Of a stretch of DNA of 64,000 nucleotides, positions 54,722-63,248 are shown piece after piece. This stretch comes from an uncultured Geobacteraceae bacterium. GTDB lineage: Bacteria; Desulfobacterota; Desulfuromonadia; Geobacterales; Pseudopelobacteraceae. Where the stretch lies: assembly GCA_903875605.1 (NCBI GenBank), contig CAIQWT010000050.1:34494-98493 (forward strand), written 5' to 3'. Below the pieces are notes generated by a model. That model had not been told where the DNA came from, did not search any database, and worked only from the letters and a program-made list of their open reading frames with translations. A program made the position numbers and the translations under genes. Each line of letters opens with the position of its first letter. Within the stretch, counting starts at the first letter, position 1.

Positions 54722-55792
54722 TTAATATGATTTTGGGTTGTGATCTACGCCGTGGCATGACAACCAGCACTCACCATGAAACGTATAGCTACCCTTCTCA
54801 ACAAACTTAAGCTTTCCGGTTGAACTTTCAGTAACAAATTCCCGGTTAAAGCGAATCAAATAGCGATTTTCTACACTACCGTGTGACGAATGGCAGGTGT
54901 AGCATGATGTTCCGCCTCCCTTGAAGTTACGTTCTCCAGTTATGTGTCTGGAGTGCGAGATAAAACTTTCATTGCCGAGAATGCTCGACCTTTTATGACA
55001 TTTGTAGCAGATCCCATAAGCAAAGCTGCTTTCAGCAACATTGTCACCGGTGGTATAGTTATCACTGAGCAACCCCTGATATTTGGAGCCGTGTGGGCCC
55101 CGCGCTGCGGTAGATTCGTCGCTGCTGTGGCAGTCGGCACATTTTATAATGGAGACATCACTCGGAGAACTCTTCTTTTCTCTGTAAGGCCTGATGAGGC
55201 TTATGACAGCCTGGTTTTTACCTTCTCCCTCTATGGGATGGAATGACGGATTATTTATTGAAAATTCGACCCGCTTGTTTGACGATTTTACAGGAAGGTT
55301 GGCGCTGTCTGCATGGCAGAGGTAACACAGTTCGAACTCTTTGCTAATCGGGACGTTTAAATTTCCGACTTTTTTGCCGGTTATTCCAGCATATGGCGCG
55401 TCGTAACTAGATGTATGGGGCTTATGACAGTCGGCGCAATCGGCATGGCGAGGGGCATTAGGGTCAATTTCAGGCAGCACTTCGCGCGTTACATGCTTTC
55501 CGGCACTCTTTGTTACAGGATGAGTATAGTTTTTAGCCAGATCAGTGGCAACATTTCGCGGAGTTACTCCCGGTGCTGTTATACCGGTCGATTTGAGTGA
55601 ATCGGGACCGTGACAAAGTAGGCAGCGTTTAAATCCCCCACCGTATTTAAAATCAAATCCGAGGTGACAGGCAGCACAGCCGGTTGTAATGTATCTTCCC
55701 TCCAGGTGTGTAGCCGCAAGCAGAGATGAACTCGTCAGAACTAGAACCAACAGGATCAAGCAAAAGTACTTATAAAAAAAGAGGGTTTTCAT
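54722..55792 (-). CDS. Multihaem c-type cytochrome (7 CXXCH plus 1 CX3CH)
   Basis: CAACH, CLLCH, CADCH, CYLCH, CADCH, CYKCH and CYTCH, plus CWLSCH. The start was chosen at MKTLFFYKYF (signal peptide); the track ORF extends to 55825. Confidence 0.85.
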   Translation of the reverse strand: MKTLFFYKYFCLILLVLVLTSSSLLAATHLEGRYITTGCAACHLGFDFKYGGGFKRCLLCHGPDSLKSTGITAPGVTPRNVATDLAKNYTHPVTKSAGKHVTREVLPEIDPNAPRHADCADCHKPHTSSYDAPYAGITGKKVGNLNVPISKEFELCYLCHADSANLPVKSSNKRVEFSINNPSFHPIEGEGKNQAVISLIRPYREKKSSPSDVSIIKCADCHSSDESTAARGPHGSKYQGLLSDNYTTGDNVAESSFAYGICYKCHKRSSILGNESFISHSRHITGERNFKGGGTSCYTCHSSHGSVENRYLIRFNREFVTESSTGKLKFVEKGSYTFHGECWLSCHGVDHNPKSY

Positions 55793-55815
55793 GGGTAGTC
55801 CCTGTAGTAAATTCT

Positions 55816-56700
55816 TTAAGGCCATTTAGGAGCTCCGGCAGCCCCCAAAGCATGGCACACCTTGCAAACGGTTCCCGTGTCTTCTGTCGCTGTAGTGTTT
55901 GTCCCATGATACGTCCAGAACGGGGCTATTTTTCTCGTATCAGATCCGCAAGCGACAGGAACACCGCCCGAAGTATAGCAGGCTGATTCATCGGACTGAT
56001 TCTGATGGGGATCATGACAAGTGGTACACTGCATCCACCCATTACCGTTTCTCTTTGTGTCAGATAACTTTACTGTTCCGGCACTTGACAGAGGCATGAA
56101 CCTATATGTCCCCTGAAGTTCTGGATGAACCACTCCGGTTTGAGATGAATTACTAAAACCAGTTAAGTACACAAACGAGACAGGATGATGTCCTGTCTTC
56201 ATTTTAGAAGAGTCAAATTTAGAAAGGCCGGTAATCAGGCTGTTTTCCATAGGTATTTCGGGGCCGTTATACACTGCACCCAACTTCGAGACACCATCAT
56301 GACAGCTTAAGCAGAGCTTGGAGGAGCCGTTAGGTTGGGCCCCTACACCATATTGCGCATTTGCAATACCGCGAATTTTAAGCGTAAGCGAAGTGTAACG
56401 CTGAAAAGTCTGCTCAGAAAAAGCTCTGTTCCAAAGAGGTGCCTGACCCACAACATTGGCACTGTGCGGAGTATGGCAGAAAATACAAATTTGTCTGCCA
56501 CGGGGGCTTGGATTGGTTAGTGCGTTGTAGTCATCTGTCGCACGATAGGTATTTCCAATATTTAACGCCGACAGATTGTGCTTGTTTGTCAGCTCAGAAA
56601 CCTTTTTACCGGGAGTGAACGCGACGGCCTGATATGCAAGCGAGACCAGGATTGTAGTAAGCGTGGCGGCCAATAGTGCCTTTTTACAATAACTATTCAT
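55816..56700 (-). CDS. Tetrahaem c-type cytochrome
   Basis: Signal peptide. CIFCHTPH followed by PLWN, then CLSCH, CTTCH and CKVCH. ATGA overlap with the NHL gene. Confidence 0.85.
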   Translation of the reverse strand: MNSYCKKALLAATLTTILVSLAYQAVAFTPGKKVSELTNKHNLSALNIGNTYRATDDYNALTNPSPRGRQICIFCHTPHSANVVGQAPLWNRAFSEQTFQRYTSLTLKIRGIANAQYGVGAQPNGSSKLCLSCHDGVSKLGAVYNGPEIPMENSLITGLSKFDSSKMKTGHHPVSFVYLTGFSNSSQTGVVHPELQGTYRFMPLSSAGTVKLSDTKRNGNGWMQCTTCHDPHQNQSDESACYTSGGVPVACGSDTRKIAPFWTYHGTNTTATEDTGTVCKVCHALGAAGAPKWP

Positions 56701-57782
56701 TTCAGTACCTTCTCTTTTAAATACTGATAAATCTGAATGCGATGATTGAAGGTATCGGAAATATATATTCGATCATTCCGATCAATAAAGATGCCACTTG
56801 GGAGCATAAATTCACCTGGCAATGCCCCTTCCTGACCGACGTAAAGCAATAACTGCCCCTTCTGGTCAAAAATCTGGAAATTACCGAAGATCGAATCAAG
56901 AACATAAAGATTCTGATCGCTATCCAACGCCACACCTTTTGGGCGGGCAAACGATCCCGGCACATCCCCTATCTGCCCCTGACTCCTGAGATACCTGCTA
57001 TTGGCGTCAAAAACTCTCACGGTGAAATTCATGGTATCGCTAACATAAACATTATCCTGTTTATCTACAGCAATATAGGCCGGCTTGTTAAACAACTCCG
57101 TAAAGTCCGGCCCGGTAAATTCACCTTTTAAAAGATCATTTTTGTCAAAAACAAAAACTTTGTTAGCCAGAATATCTGCAACAAGCTTGTCGCCATTGCT
57201 TTTTATTGCTATGCCTGCAGGCCTCAGCAGAACTCCTTTGCCATCAAGTTCGCGCAAAAATACCCCGTCAGGACTAAACTTGAATATAGCTGCATGCTGG
57301 GCATCCGTAACATACAGGCTATTGTCGGAATCGAGTGCTACGCCAACCGGGCTGCCAAGCCTTTTTTCACCAGCCTGAAAAATATACTGCACTTCTTTGC
57401 CGGCAAGATTGTATTTGTGAACAATACCTATTGACGGGTCCGCAACATAAAACAATCCGTTACCATCAGCCGCAATACACTGCGGTGTATAAAAATCAAT
57501 AAATTCTTCCTTGTTGCCTGTTACATAATCAAAGATTTTTTTTACGGTCCCTGAAGATGCCTCAACAACATCCTGCGCCCCTCTGACAACCTGCAGTATC
57601 TTAATTCTACCTTTCTCTGGAGATTGGGGCCATACGGCGCTTAAACGTTGATCCTGCCAGGCTGCTTCATCCAGCCTTGCAGAAGTACACCCTGAAATTA
57701 GCGGGGAGAGGGTGAATAATAAAAAAAGCAAACGGAATACGGAATTGACTCTGAATAAGATTTCTGGCCGTATTTCAGGCAT
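56697..57782 (-). CDS. NHL-repeat (six-bladed beta-propeller) lipoprotein
   Basis: ATG start MPEIRPE... with lipobox ISGC|TS. Repeated NHL-like units (P.G.A.D..GN.YV.D..N.R...F). Confidence 0.8.
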   Translation of the reverse strand: MPEIRPEILFRVNSVFRLLFLLFTLSPLISGCTSARLDEAAWQDQRLSAVWPQSPEKGRIKILQVVRGAQDVVEASSGTVKKIFDYVTGNKEEFIDFYTPQCIAADGNGLFYVADPSIGIVHKYNLAGKEVQYIFQAGEKRLGSPVGVALDSDNSLYVTDAQHAAIFKFSPDGVFLRELDGKGVLLRPAGIAIKSNGDKLVADILANKVFVFDKNDLLKGEFTGPDFTELFNKPAYIAVDKQDNVYVSDTMNFTVRVFDANSRYLRSQGQIGDVPGSFARPKGVALDSDQNLYVLDSIFGNFQIFDQKGQLLLYVGQEGALPGEFMLPSGIFIDRNDRIYISDTFNHRIQIYQYLKEKVLK

Positions 57783-57960
57783 GCAACATACCAAAAATCC
57801 AGATAAAAAATGAAATTAAACCCGCTGATCCCCATTTGATCCCGCTTGAGGCAACAAATATATCCTTGCGTGGGAAAGCTCTAAACATCAACATGATGCT
57901 GCAAAATATCCATCCGATTAAGCCTGTAGTGAGTATGACTGACCAAATATCGCGCGACAT
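57775..57960 (-). CDS. Small two-TM membrane protein (61 aa)
   Basis: Two hydrophobic helices. It is tightly packed between the GT2 and NHL genes and overlaps the NHL start by 8 nt. Confidence 0.45.
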   Translation of the reverse strand: MSRDIWSVILTTGLIGWIFCSIMLMFRAFPRKDIFVASSGIKWGSAGLISFFIWIFGMLHA

Positions 57961-57967
57961 AGTGATT

Positions 57968-58735
57968 TTATTTCCCCAGTAGTCGTAATAGGATCGTATT
58001 AATACGAAGCTTCCAGACCATTAGTACGGCTTCCCGTACAATTGATCCCGACATCTTAGAACTACCTGAGTGGCGATCAATAAAAATTATCGGAATTTCG
58101 GCAATACGAAACCCTTTCTCCATGCAAAGGTAATTCATTTCGATCTGGAACGAATACCCATCTGACGTGACGCGCGACAGGTCAATTGCCTCGATGGTCG
58201 AGCGGCGAAAGCATTTAAAGCCGCTTGTGCAGTCACGTACTTGTAAACCAGTGACCCATCGGGTATAGACACTAGCGAAATAGCTTAAAATCAGGCGCCT
58301 GATCGGCCAGTTGACGACACTTACGCCATTCAGATAGCGTGATCCAATTACCAGATCGTTATCCTTGATTGTAGACAGAAAAAGCGGCAACGTCCCTGGA
58401 TCATGGGAAAAGTCGGCATCCATTTCCATAACGTAGTCGGCACCCATAGCAAGAGCAGTTCTAAATCCGTCACGGTATGCAGAGCCCAAGCCAAGTTTTC
58501 CGGAACGATGCAGTACGTGGACTCGATTATTATTGGCGACCAGATCATCAATGAGATCTCCGGTGCCGTCCGGTGAATTATCATCTACAAAAAGAATTTG
58601 GAGATCAGCGTGCTCTGCAAGGACAGCGCTGGTTAATGGGTTTACATTTTCTTTTTCGTTGTAGGTCGGTATAACTACAAATGCCTTCAAAATAGCTCCG
58701 TGTGCTCCATGCTTAGATTTATTTACTATATACAA
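57968..58735 (-). CDS. Polyprenyl-phosphate glycosyltransferase (GT2, Dpm1/Ppm1-like)
   Basis: VVIPTYNEKEN, FVDDNSPDGT, EMDADFSHDP and TSGFKCFRR. The true start is probably the internal TTG near 58690 (SD GGAG), giving MKAFVVIPTYNE. Confidence 0.8.
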   Translation of the reverse strand: MYIVNKSKHGAHGAILKAFVVIPTYNEKENVNPLTSAVLAEHADLQILFVDDNSPDGTGDLIDDLVANNNRVHVLHRSGKLGLGSAYRDGFRTALAMGADYVMEMDADFSHDPGTLPLFLSTIKDNDLVIGSRYLNGVSVVNWPIRRLILSYFASVYTRWVTGLQVRDCTSGFKCFRRSTIEAIDLSRVTSDGYSFQIEMNYLCMEKGFRIAEIPIIFIDRHSGSSKMSGSIVREAVLMVWKLRINTILLRLLGK

Positions 58736-58794
58736 TCAATTTAGAAGAACAATACGAGATTCAGTCAATAAAAGTCAAGACCAGGAGGAAATTG

Positions 58795-59808
58795 TCACAC
58801 CCAAACGCCGGCAATTTCAGCCTGGCAAAAACTGCATCTGCCGGTCAATGGACCTGACGAAATCACGCGGAACCCCTGTCTCTTAACAACGGTATTTTCA
58901 CACGATGGGCAGTTGGTATCCTCTCTTCCACCCTGAATGTTTCCTTCGTAGGTATAACGCAGGCCCTCTTTATCGGCAATTGCAACCGCCTCAGCTAATT
59001 TTGCCGGCGATGTAGCAGAATAGTCGGTCATTTTGTGCTGCGGGAAAAATCGTGAGAGATGCCACGGAACATCAACACCGAGCGAATCAGCAATAAAACG
59101 TGCGATTCCCTTGAGTTGTTCATGATCATCATTTTCACCCGGTATAATCAGAGTGGTAATTTCAATCCAGATGCCGCGCTTCTGATAATCACAGAGGCAC
59201 TCCAACACTTCGGCGAGATGAGCCCCGGTTACACGGTGATAAAATTCTTCAGAATAACCCTTCAAATCAATATTCGCAGCATGAACATACGGTGCTATCA
59301 TCTCAAGAGCTTCAGGTGACATATACCCATTACTAACCAGAACGTTTTTCAATCCGGCCTGAAATGCCAGCCGCGCAATATCAATGGCATATTCAAAAAA
59401 AACAGTCGGTTCAGTATAGGTAAAGGAAATTGACTTGCAACCGGATGCTACTGCGCGCTTGACGATTACTTCAGGTTCAAGCAGTTCACCCGGTGTCTGC
59501 CTGACATTCATTAAATCAAGCTGAGCAATGCTGTAGTTCTGACAATTCAGGCATCTGAAATTGCATCCGGCAGTGGCAATCGAATAAGTCAAACTGCCGG
59601 GCAGGAAATGGAAAAGGGGTTTTTTCTCTATTGGATCGACATGCTCGGCTACAACATGACCATACACCAGAGAAAACAACGTACCATCAATGTTTTTACG
59701 CACACGGCAACGCCCGGCTGCTCCGGGAACAATTATACAACGATGCCGACAGAGTCCGCAATGAACGGAGAGATCACTATTTTTTTGATAGAGTAGTGCT
59801 TCACGCAT
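58795..59808 (-). CDS. AmmeMemoRadiSam-type radical SAM enzyme
   Basis: N-terminal Cys cluster (CGLCRHRC...GRC), DPIEKKPL, and the radical SAM motif CNFRCLNCQN. Confidence 0.75.
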   Translation of the reverse strand: MREALLYQKNSDLSVHCGLCRHRCIIVPGAAGRCRVRKNIDGTLFSLVYGHVVAEHVDPIEKKPLFHFLPGSLTYSIATAGCNFRCLNCQNYSIAQLDLMNVRQTPGELLEPEVIVKRAVASGCKSISFTYTEPTVFFEYAIDIARLAFQAGLKNVLVSNGYMSPEALEMIAPYVHAANIDLKGYSEEFYHRVTGAHLAEVLECLCDYQKRGIWIEITTLIIPGENDDHEQLKGIARFIADSLGVDVPWHLSRFFPQHKMTDYSATSPAKLAEAVAIADKEGLRYTYEGNIQGGREDTNCPSCENTVVKRQGFRVISSGPLTGRCSFCQAEIAGVWV

Positions 59809-59830
59809 GATTAAAACTCACTCTACTTGA

Positions 59831-61093
59831 TTACACGGAAACCGCGCGGCGTTTTTTTGCCGTGATAATCCGAACCTGCCGTTCCTGAAACCAATATGCA
59901 TACGTCCAGTTCATCATTACAACTATTCTGTTCCTGAATCCGATAAGGTAATACAGATGCAGCAGCAACCAGGCGAGCCACGCGATATAACCGCGAAACT
60001 TAAAACCTGCGGCAGTAGCTACGGCGGAACTTCTGCCAATAGTTGCCATCGAACCCTTATCAAAATAATGAAATGGAGGTAAAGTTTTCCCTTGCTCACG
60101 CGCAAGAATAACCCTTGCTACGTAATCCCCCTGCTGTCCTGCTACAGGTGCCATCATCGGCAATGGCATTCCCTGTTGAAAGCAGCACGCCATGTCTCCT
60201 ACGACAAAAACTTCCGGATGTCCGTTAATGCTGAGATCAGGCAGAACCATAACCCTCCCGCCTGCACCACGCTCGACGTCATTCAGGGAAGCGGCCAGTT
60301 CAGCGGCTGCTACCCCAGCCGACCAGAAAAGAGTGTGCGACGCGATCACAGCTCCACCATACAGTTCTACAGATTCAGCCGTCGCCCCGACAACCCGGTT
60401 ATCCAGCAGTACTTCAACTCCCATGGTTCTCAATTTACTATGTGCGTACTGTCTGAGATCTTCCGGCATAGCCGTAAGCAGGGAATCACTCGCCTCAACC
60501 AGAATGATTCTGCTCTCGGCAGCTGAAACTGTAGGAATATCCTGCGAAAGAACATATACGATCAATTCGCGTAATGCTCCGGCAAATTCGACTCCGGTCG
60601 GCCCTCCTCCAACGATTACGAAAGTCAGTAACGCAGACCTTCGCTGTTTGTCCGGTTCACGGGAAGCCTGCTCAAACATAAGAAGTATATGGTTACGCAA
60701 ATCTTCCGCTTGATCAAGGCGCTTGAGGTCAAATGCATGAGCTGCGACACTTTCCATGCCAAAGTAATTTGTGCGACTGCCTGCAGCAACTATCAAATAA
60801 TCATAAGGCACAGCACCGGCATCAGTAATGACGTTTTTTTCGACCAGGTCAATACTGCTGATTTCAGCAAGCAGAAACGAGGCTCCACGCCAATGACGGG
60901 TTAAACTGCGCAGTGGATAGGCTATGGCCTCCTCTTCAAGTCCGGCTGTTGCAACCTGGTACAAAAGCGGCTGAAAAAGATGATAATTATTTCGATCAAC
61001 CATAATCATTTCAACATCGTTTCCAGCGAGAGCTTTAGCTGCCCGTAACCCGCCAAATCCCATCCCTGCGATAACTACACGTTTTTTTGTCAT
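59831..61093 (-). CDS. ndh: Type II NADH dehydrogenase (NDH-2)-like FAD/NAD(P) oxidoreductase
   Basis: Two dinucleotide folds (VVIAGMGFGG; VIVGGGPTGVEFAG) and a C-terminal membrane-association helix. Confidence 0.8.
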   Translation of the reverse strand: MTKKRVVIAGMGFGGLRAAKALAGNDVEMIMVDRNNYHLFQPLLYQVATAGLEEEAIAYPLRSLTRHWRGASFLLAEISSIDLVEKNVITDAGAVPYDYLIVAAGSRTNYFGMESVAAHAFDLKRLDQAEDLRNHILLMFEQASREPDKQRRSALLTFVIVGGGPTGVEFAGALRELIVYVLSQDIPTVSAAESRIILVEASDSLLTAMPEDLRQYAHSKLRTMGVEVLLDNRVVGATAESVELYGGAVIASHTLFWSAGVAAAELAASLNDVERGAGGRVMVLPDLSINGHPEVFVVGDMACCFQQGMPLPMMAPVAGQQGDYVARVILAREQGKTLPPFHYFDKGSMATIGRSSAVATAAGFKFRGYIAWLAWLLLHLYYLIGFRNRIVVMMNWTYAYWFQERQVRIITAKKRRAVSV

Positions 61094-61292
61094 TACTAGT
61101 CACCCTTGACAGTATATTTAAATCCTGCAAAAACAGATAATACCTGTCGCAGTTGCATTTAATTCTTACTTATCTTATAAACCGAAACGCATGTAAGACG
61201 CAAATTTCAAATGCACCGGTTAAATCAGTTTTTCATTGAAGGAATCTGGTATACTCACTTCATTTAACCATGTTGTATCAATATGAGGCGCA

Positions 61293-63248
61293 ATGAATTT
61301 CTTCTTTAATAAATTGAAACTTCGCGGCAAGTTACTTACACTGGTTCTTCCGTTGGTTATAATTCCGATTTTCATTGTCGCCGCAGTAATCGGTTACATT
61401 GCCAATCAACAAGCCTACCGAGGTATCACTAAAACCAGTAAAGATGACCTACAGCACCTCTCCTCATTCTGCATCGACCTTCTCAATTCTCACTATCAGC
61501 AGTTTCAGGTATACAAACTTGATAAAGCTCGGAATCTCAATAATGAATTAGCAACACTCGTAGCGCTTTCATATAACCTTGTGACTGCAGAACAGAACCT
61601 GCACGCACAGGGTAGACTCGACCTTAAAACAGCCAGGCATGAAGCGCAACAAGCCCTTAAAAAAATCAATGTGGGTGAAACCGGCTATATTTATGCCATG
61701 ACCAGTCGAGGTGATCTCAAAGTCCATATCGCCCGTGAGGGTGAAAACGTATTTGATGAACGTGATGAAAACGGCCGCTATTTTATTCGTGAAATGTGCG
61801 CTGCGGCTAGGGCCAGTAAGCCGGGAGAAACACTTTTCATAACTTATCCATGGCGCAACGCGGTGTTAGGAGACAAGCAGCCCCGCAACAAGCTGGTTGC
61901 CTATAAATATTTTCGGGAATGGGACTGGATAGTTGCTGCCGGCAGTTATCTTGATGAGACCGTCGGAGATGCTGCCTTTGAGCGTCAATCGTTTGATAAA
62001 CTTAAAGAGCGCATCAGAGCCAAAAAAGTTGGTGCGAGTGGCTATATATTCTGCATGGACAGTAAAGGCACGTTTACTATTCATCCTGATTCAGAGGGAA
62101 AGAACCTGATCAATGCGAAAGACCTGAATGAATACAGCTTTATCAGGGAGATGTGCAGTAAAAAAAGCGGATGGATTCGATATCCCTGGAAAAACAGCAC
62201 TGATGCCTCGTCACGCATGAAAATTGTACACTATGAATATTTCGAGCCATGGGACTGGATAGTTGCAGTTGGGTCATACGAGGATGAATTTTATCAGGAA
62301 ACAAATAAGATCAAAACTCATATTCTGGTCAGCATGATGCTACTGACGCTAGTCGTTGGTGCGGCTGCAACTGCTCTGGTTTTCTGGACTTCGACAATTT
62401 TTACGCGCCCTATCACACACATGATGTCTGTTATCAAGCGAGTTAAACGCGGTAATCTGGATGAACGGATGGTTGTCAGTGGTGATGACGAACTGGCCGA
62501 AATGGGTAGTGCCTTTAATCGTATGACTGACATTATTCAGCGCAACAAGGCTATTGAATCAAACCTTGCCCAACAGGGTAAAATGGCCTCACTGGGTGTA
62601 CTGTCATCTGGTGTCGCACATGAGATCAACAATCCTTTGGGTGTTATACTGGGTTATGCAGGCTACCTGGAAAGCAAAATGAGTGAAGATGACCCGAACT
62701 ATCAGTACATCCACGAAATAAAGCGGGAAAGCAAACGCTGCAAAAAAATAGTTCAGGATCTGCTCTCCTACGCCCGCACACCACGTCCGACTCTTGAACC
62801 AACCGACCTTAATGAGCTTCTTCAGCAGATTGTTGATTTTGCCGCAAATCATACCGATATGCGCGGTATAAAAATAAGTACAACGCTTGCTCAAAACTTG
62901 CCTCTGGTTGAAATGGATGGTGACCAGATGCGTCAGGTCACCATTAATCTTATCCTTAACGCTGGTGGAGCCATGCCGGAAGGCGGAGATCTTACTGTAA
63001 GTACTGAAGAGAGTGATCCCGCACATGTTTGCATAAAATTCAGTGATAGCGGTTGCGGTATCCCTGCAGAAAGTCTGGAAAAGATTTTTGAGCCATTTTA
63101 CACAACCAAAACGCGAGGTACCGGACTCGGTCTGGCCATAACCCGGCAAATCATTGAACAGCATCACGGTGAGATCCAAATTGATAGCACCGTCGACCGG
63201 GGAACGTGCGTTACAGTTATACTGCCGACTCAACAAGGGGAGCTATAA
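61293..63248 (+). CDS. Sensor histidine kinase with a periplasmic double-Cache-like domain and HAMP
   Basis: Two TM helices flank about 300 aa with repeated Cache-like blocks (GYIYAM...G....H, YF.EWDWIVA.GSY, twice). HAMP, H box GVAHEINNPL, N box NLILNA, G boxes DSGCGI and GTGLGL. Confidence 0.85.
   Translation: MNFFFNKLKLRGKLLTLVLPLVIIPIFIVAAVIGYIANQQAYRGITKTSKDDLQHLSSFCIDLLNSHYQQFQVYKLDKARNLNNELATLVALSYNLVTAEQNLHAQGRLDLKTARHEAQQALKKINVGETGYIYAMTSRGDLKVHIAREGENVFDERDENGRYFIREMCAAARASKPGETLFITYPWRNAVLGDKQPRNKLVAYKYFREWDWIVAAGSYLDETVGDAAFERQSFDKLKERIRAKKVGASGYIFCMDSKGTFTIHPDSEGKNLINAKDLNEYSFIREMCSKKSGWIRYPWKNSTDASSRMKIVHYEYFEPWDWIVAVGSYEDEFYQETNKIKTHILVSMMLLTLVVGAAATALVFWTSTIFTRPITHMMSVIKRVKRGNLDERMVVSGDDELAEMGSAFNRMTDIIQRNKAIESNLAQQGKMASLGVLSSGVAHEINNPLGVILGYAGYLESKMSEDDPNYQYIHEIKRESKRCKKIVQDLLSYARTPRPTLEPTDLNELLQQIVDFAANHTDMRGIKISTTLAQNLPLVEMDGDQMRQVTINLILNAGGAMPEGGDLTVSTEESDPAHVCIKFSDSGCGIPAESLEKIFEPFYTTKTRGTGLGLAITRQIIEQHHGEIQIDSTVDRGTCVTVILPTQQGEL

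Noticed and set aside
62604-63236. A 210-aa antisense ORF inside the histidine kinase gene. Similar antisense ORFs occur at 9946-10386, 60192-60713, 15348-16017, 53099-53500 and 48713-49096.
   Set aside because: All are embedded opposite or out of frame in genes with clear family motifs. They lack SD sequences and recognisable motifs, so I treat them as shadow ORFs.
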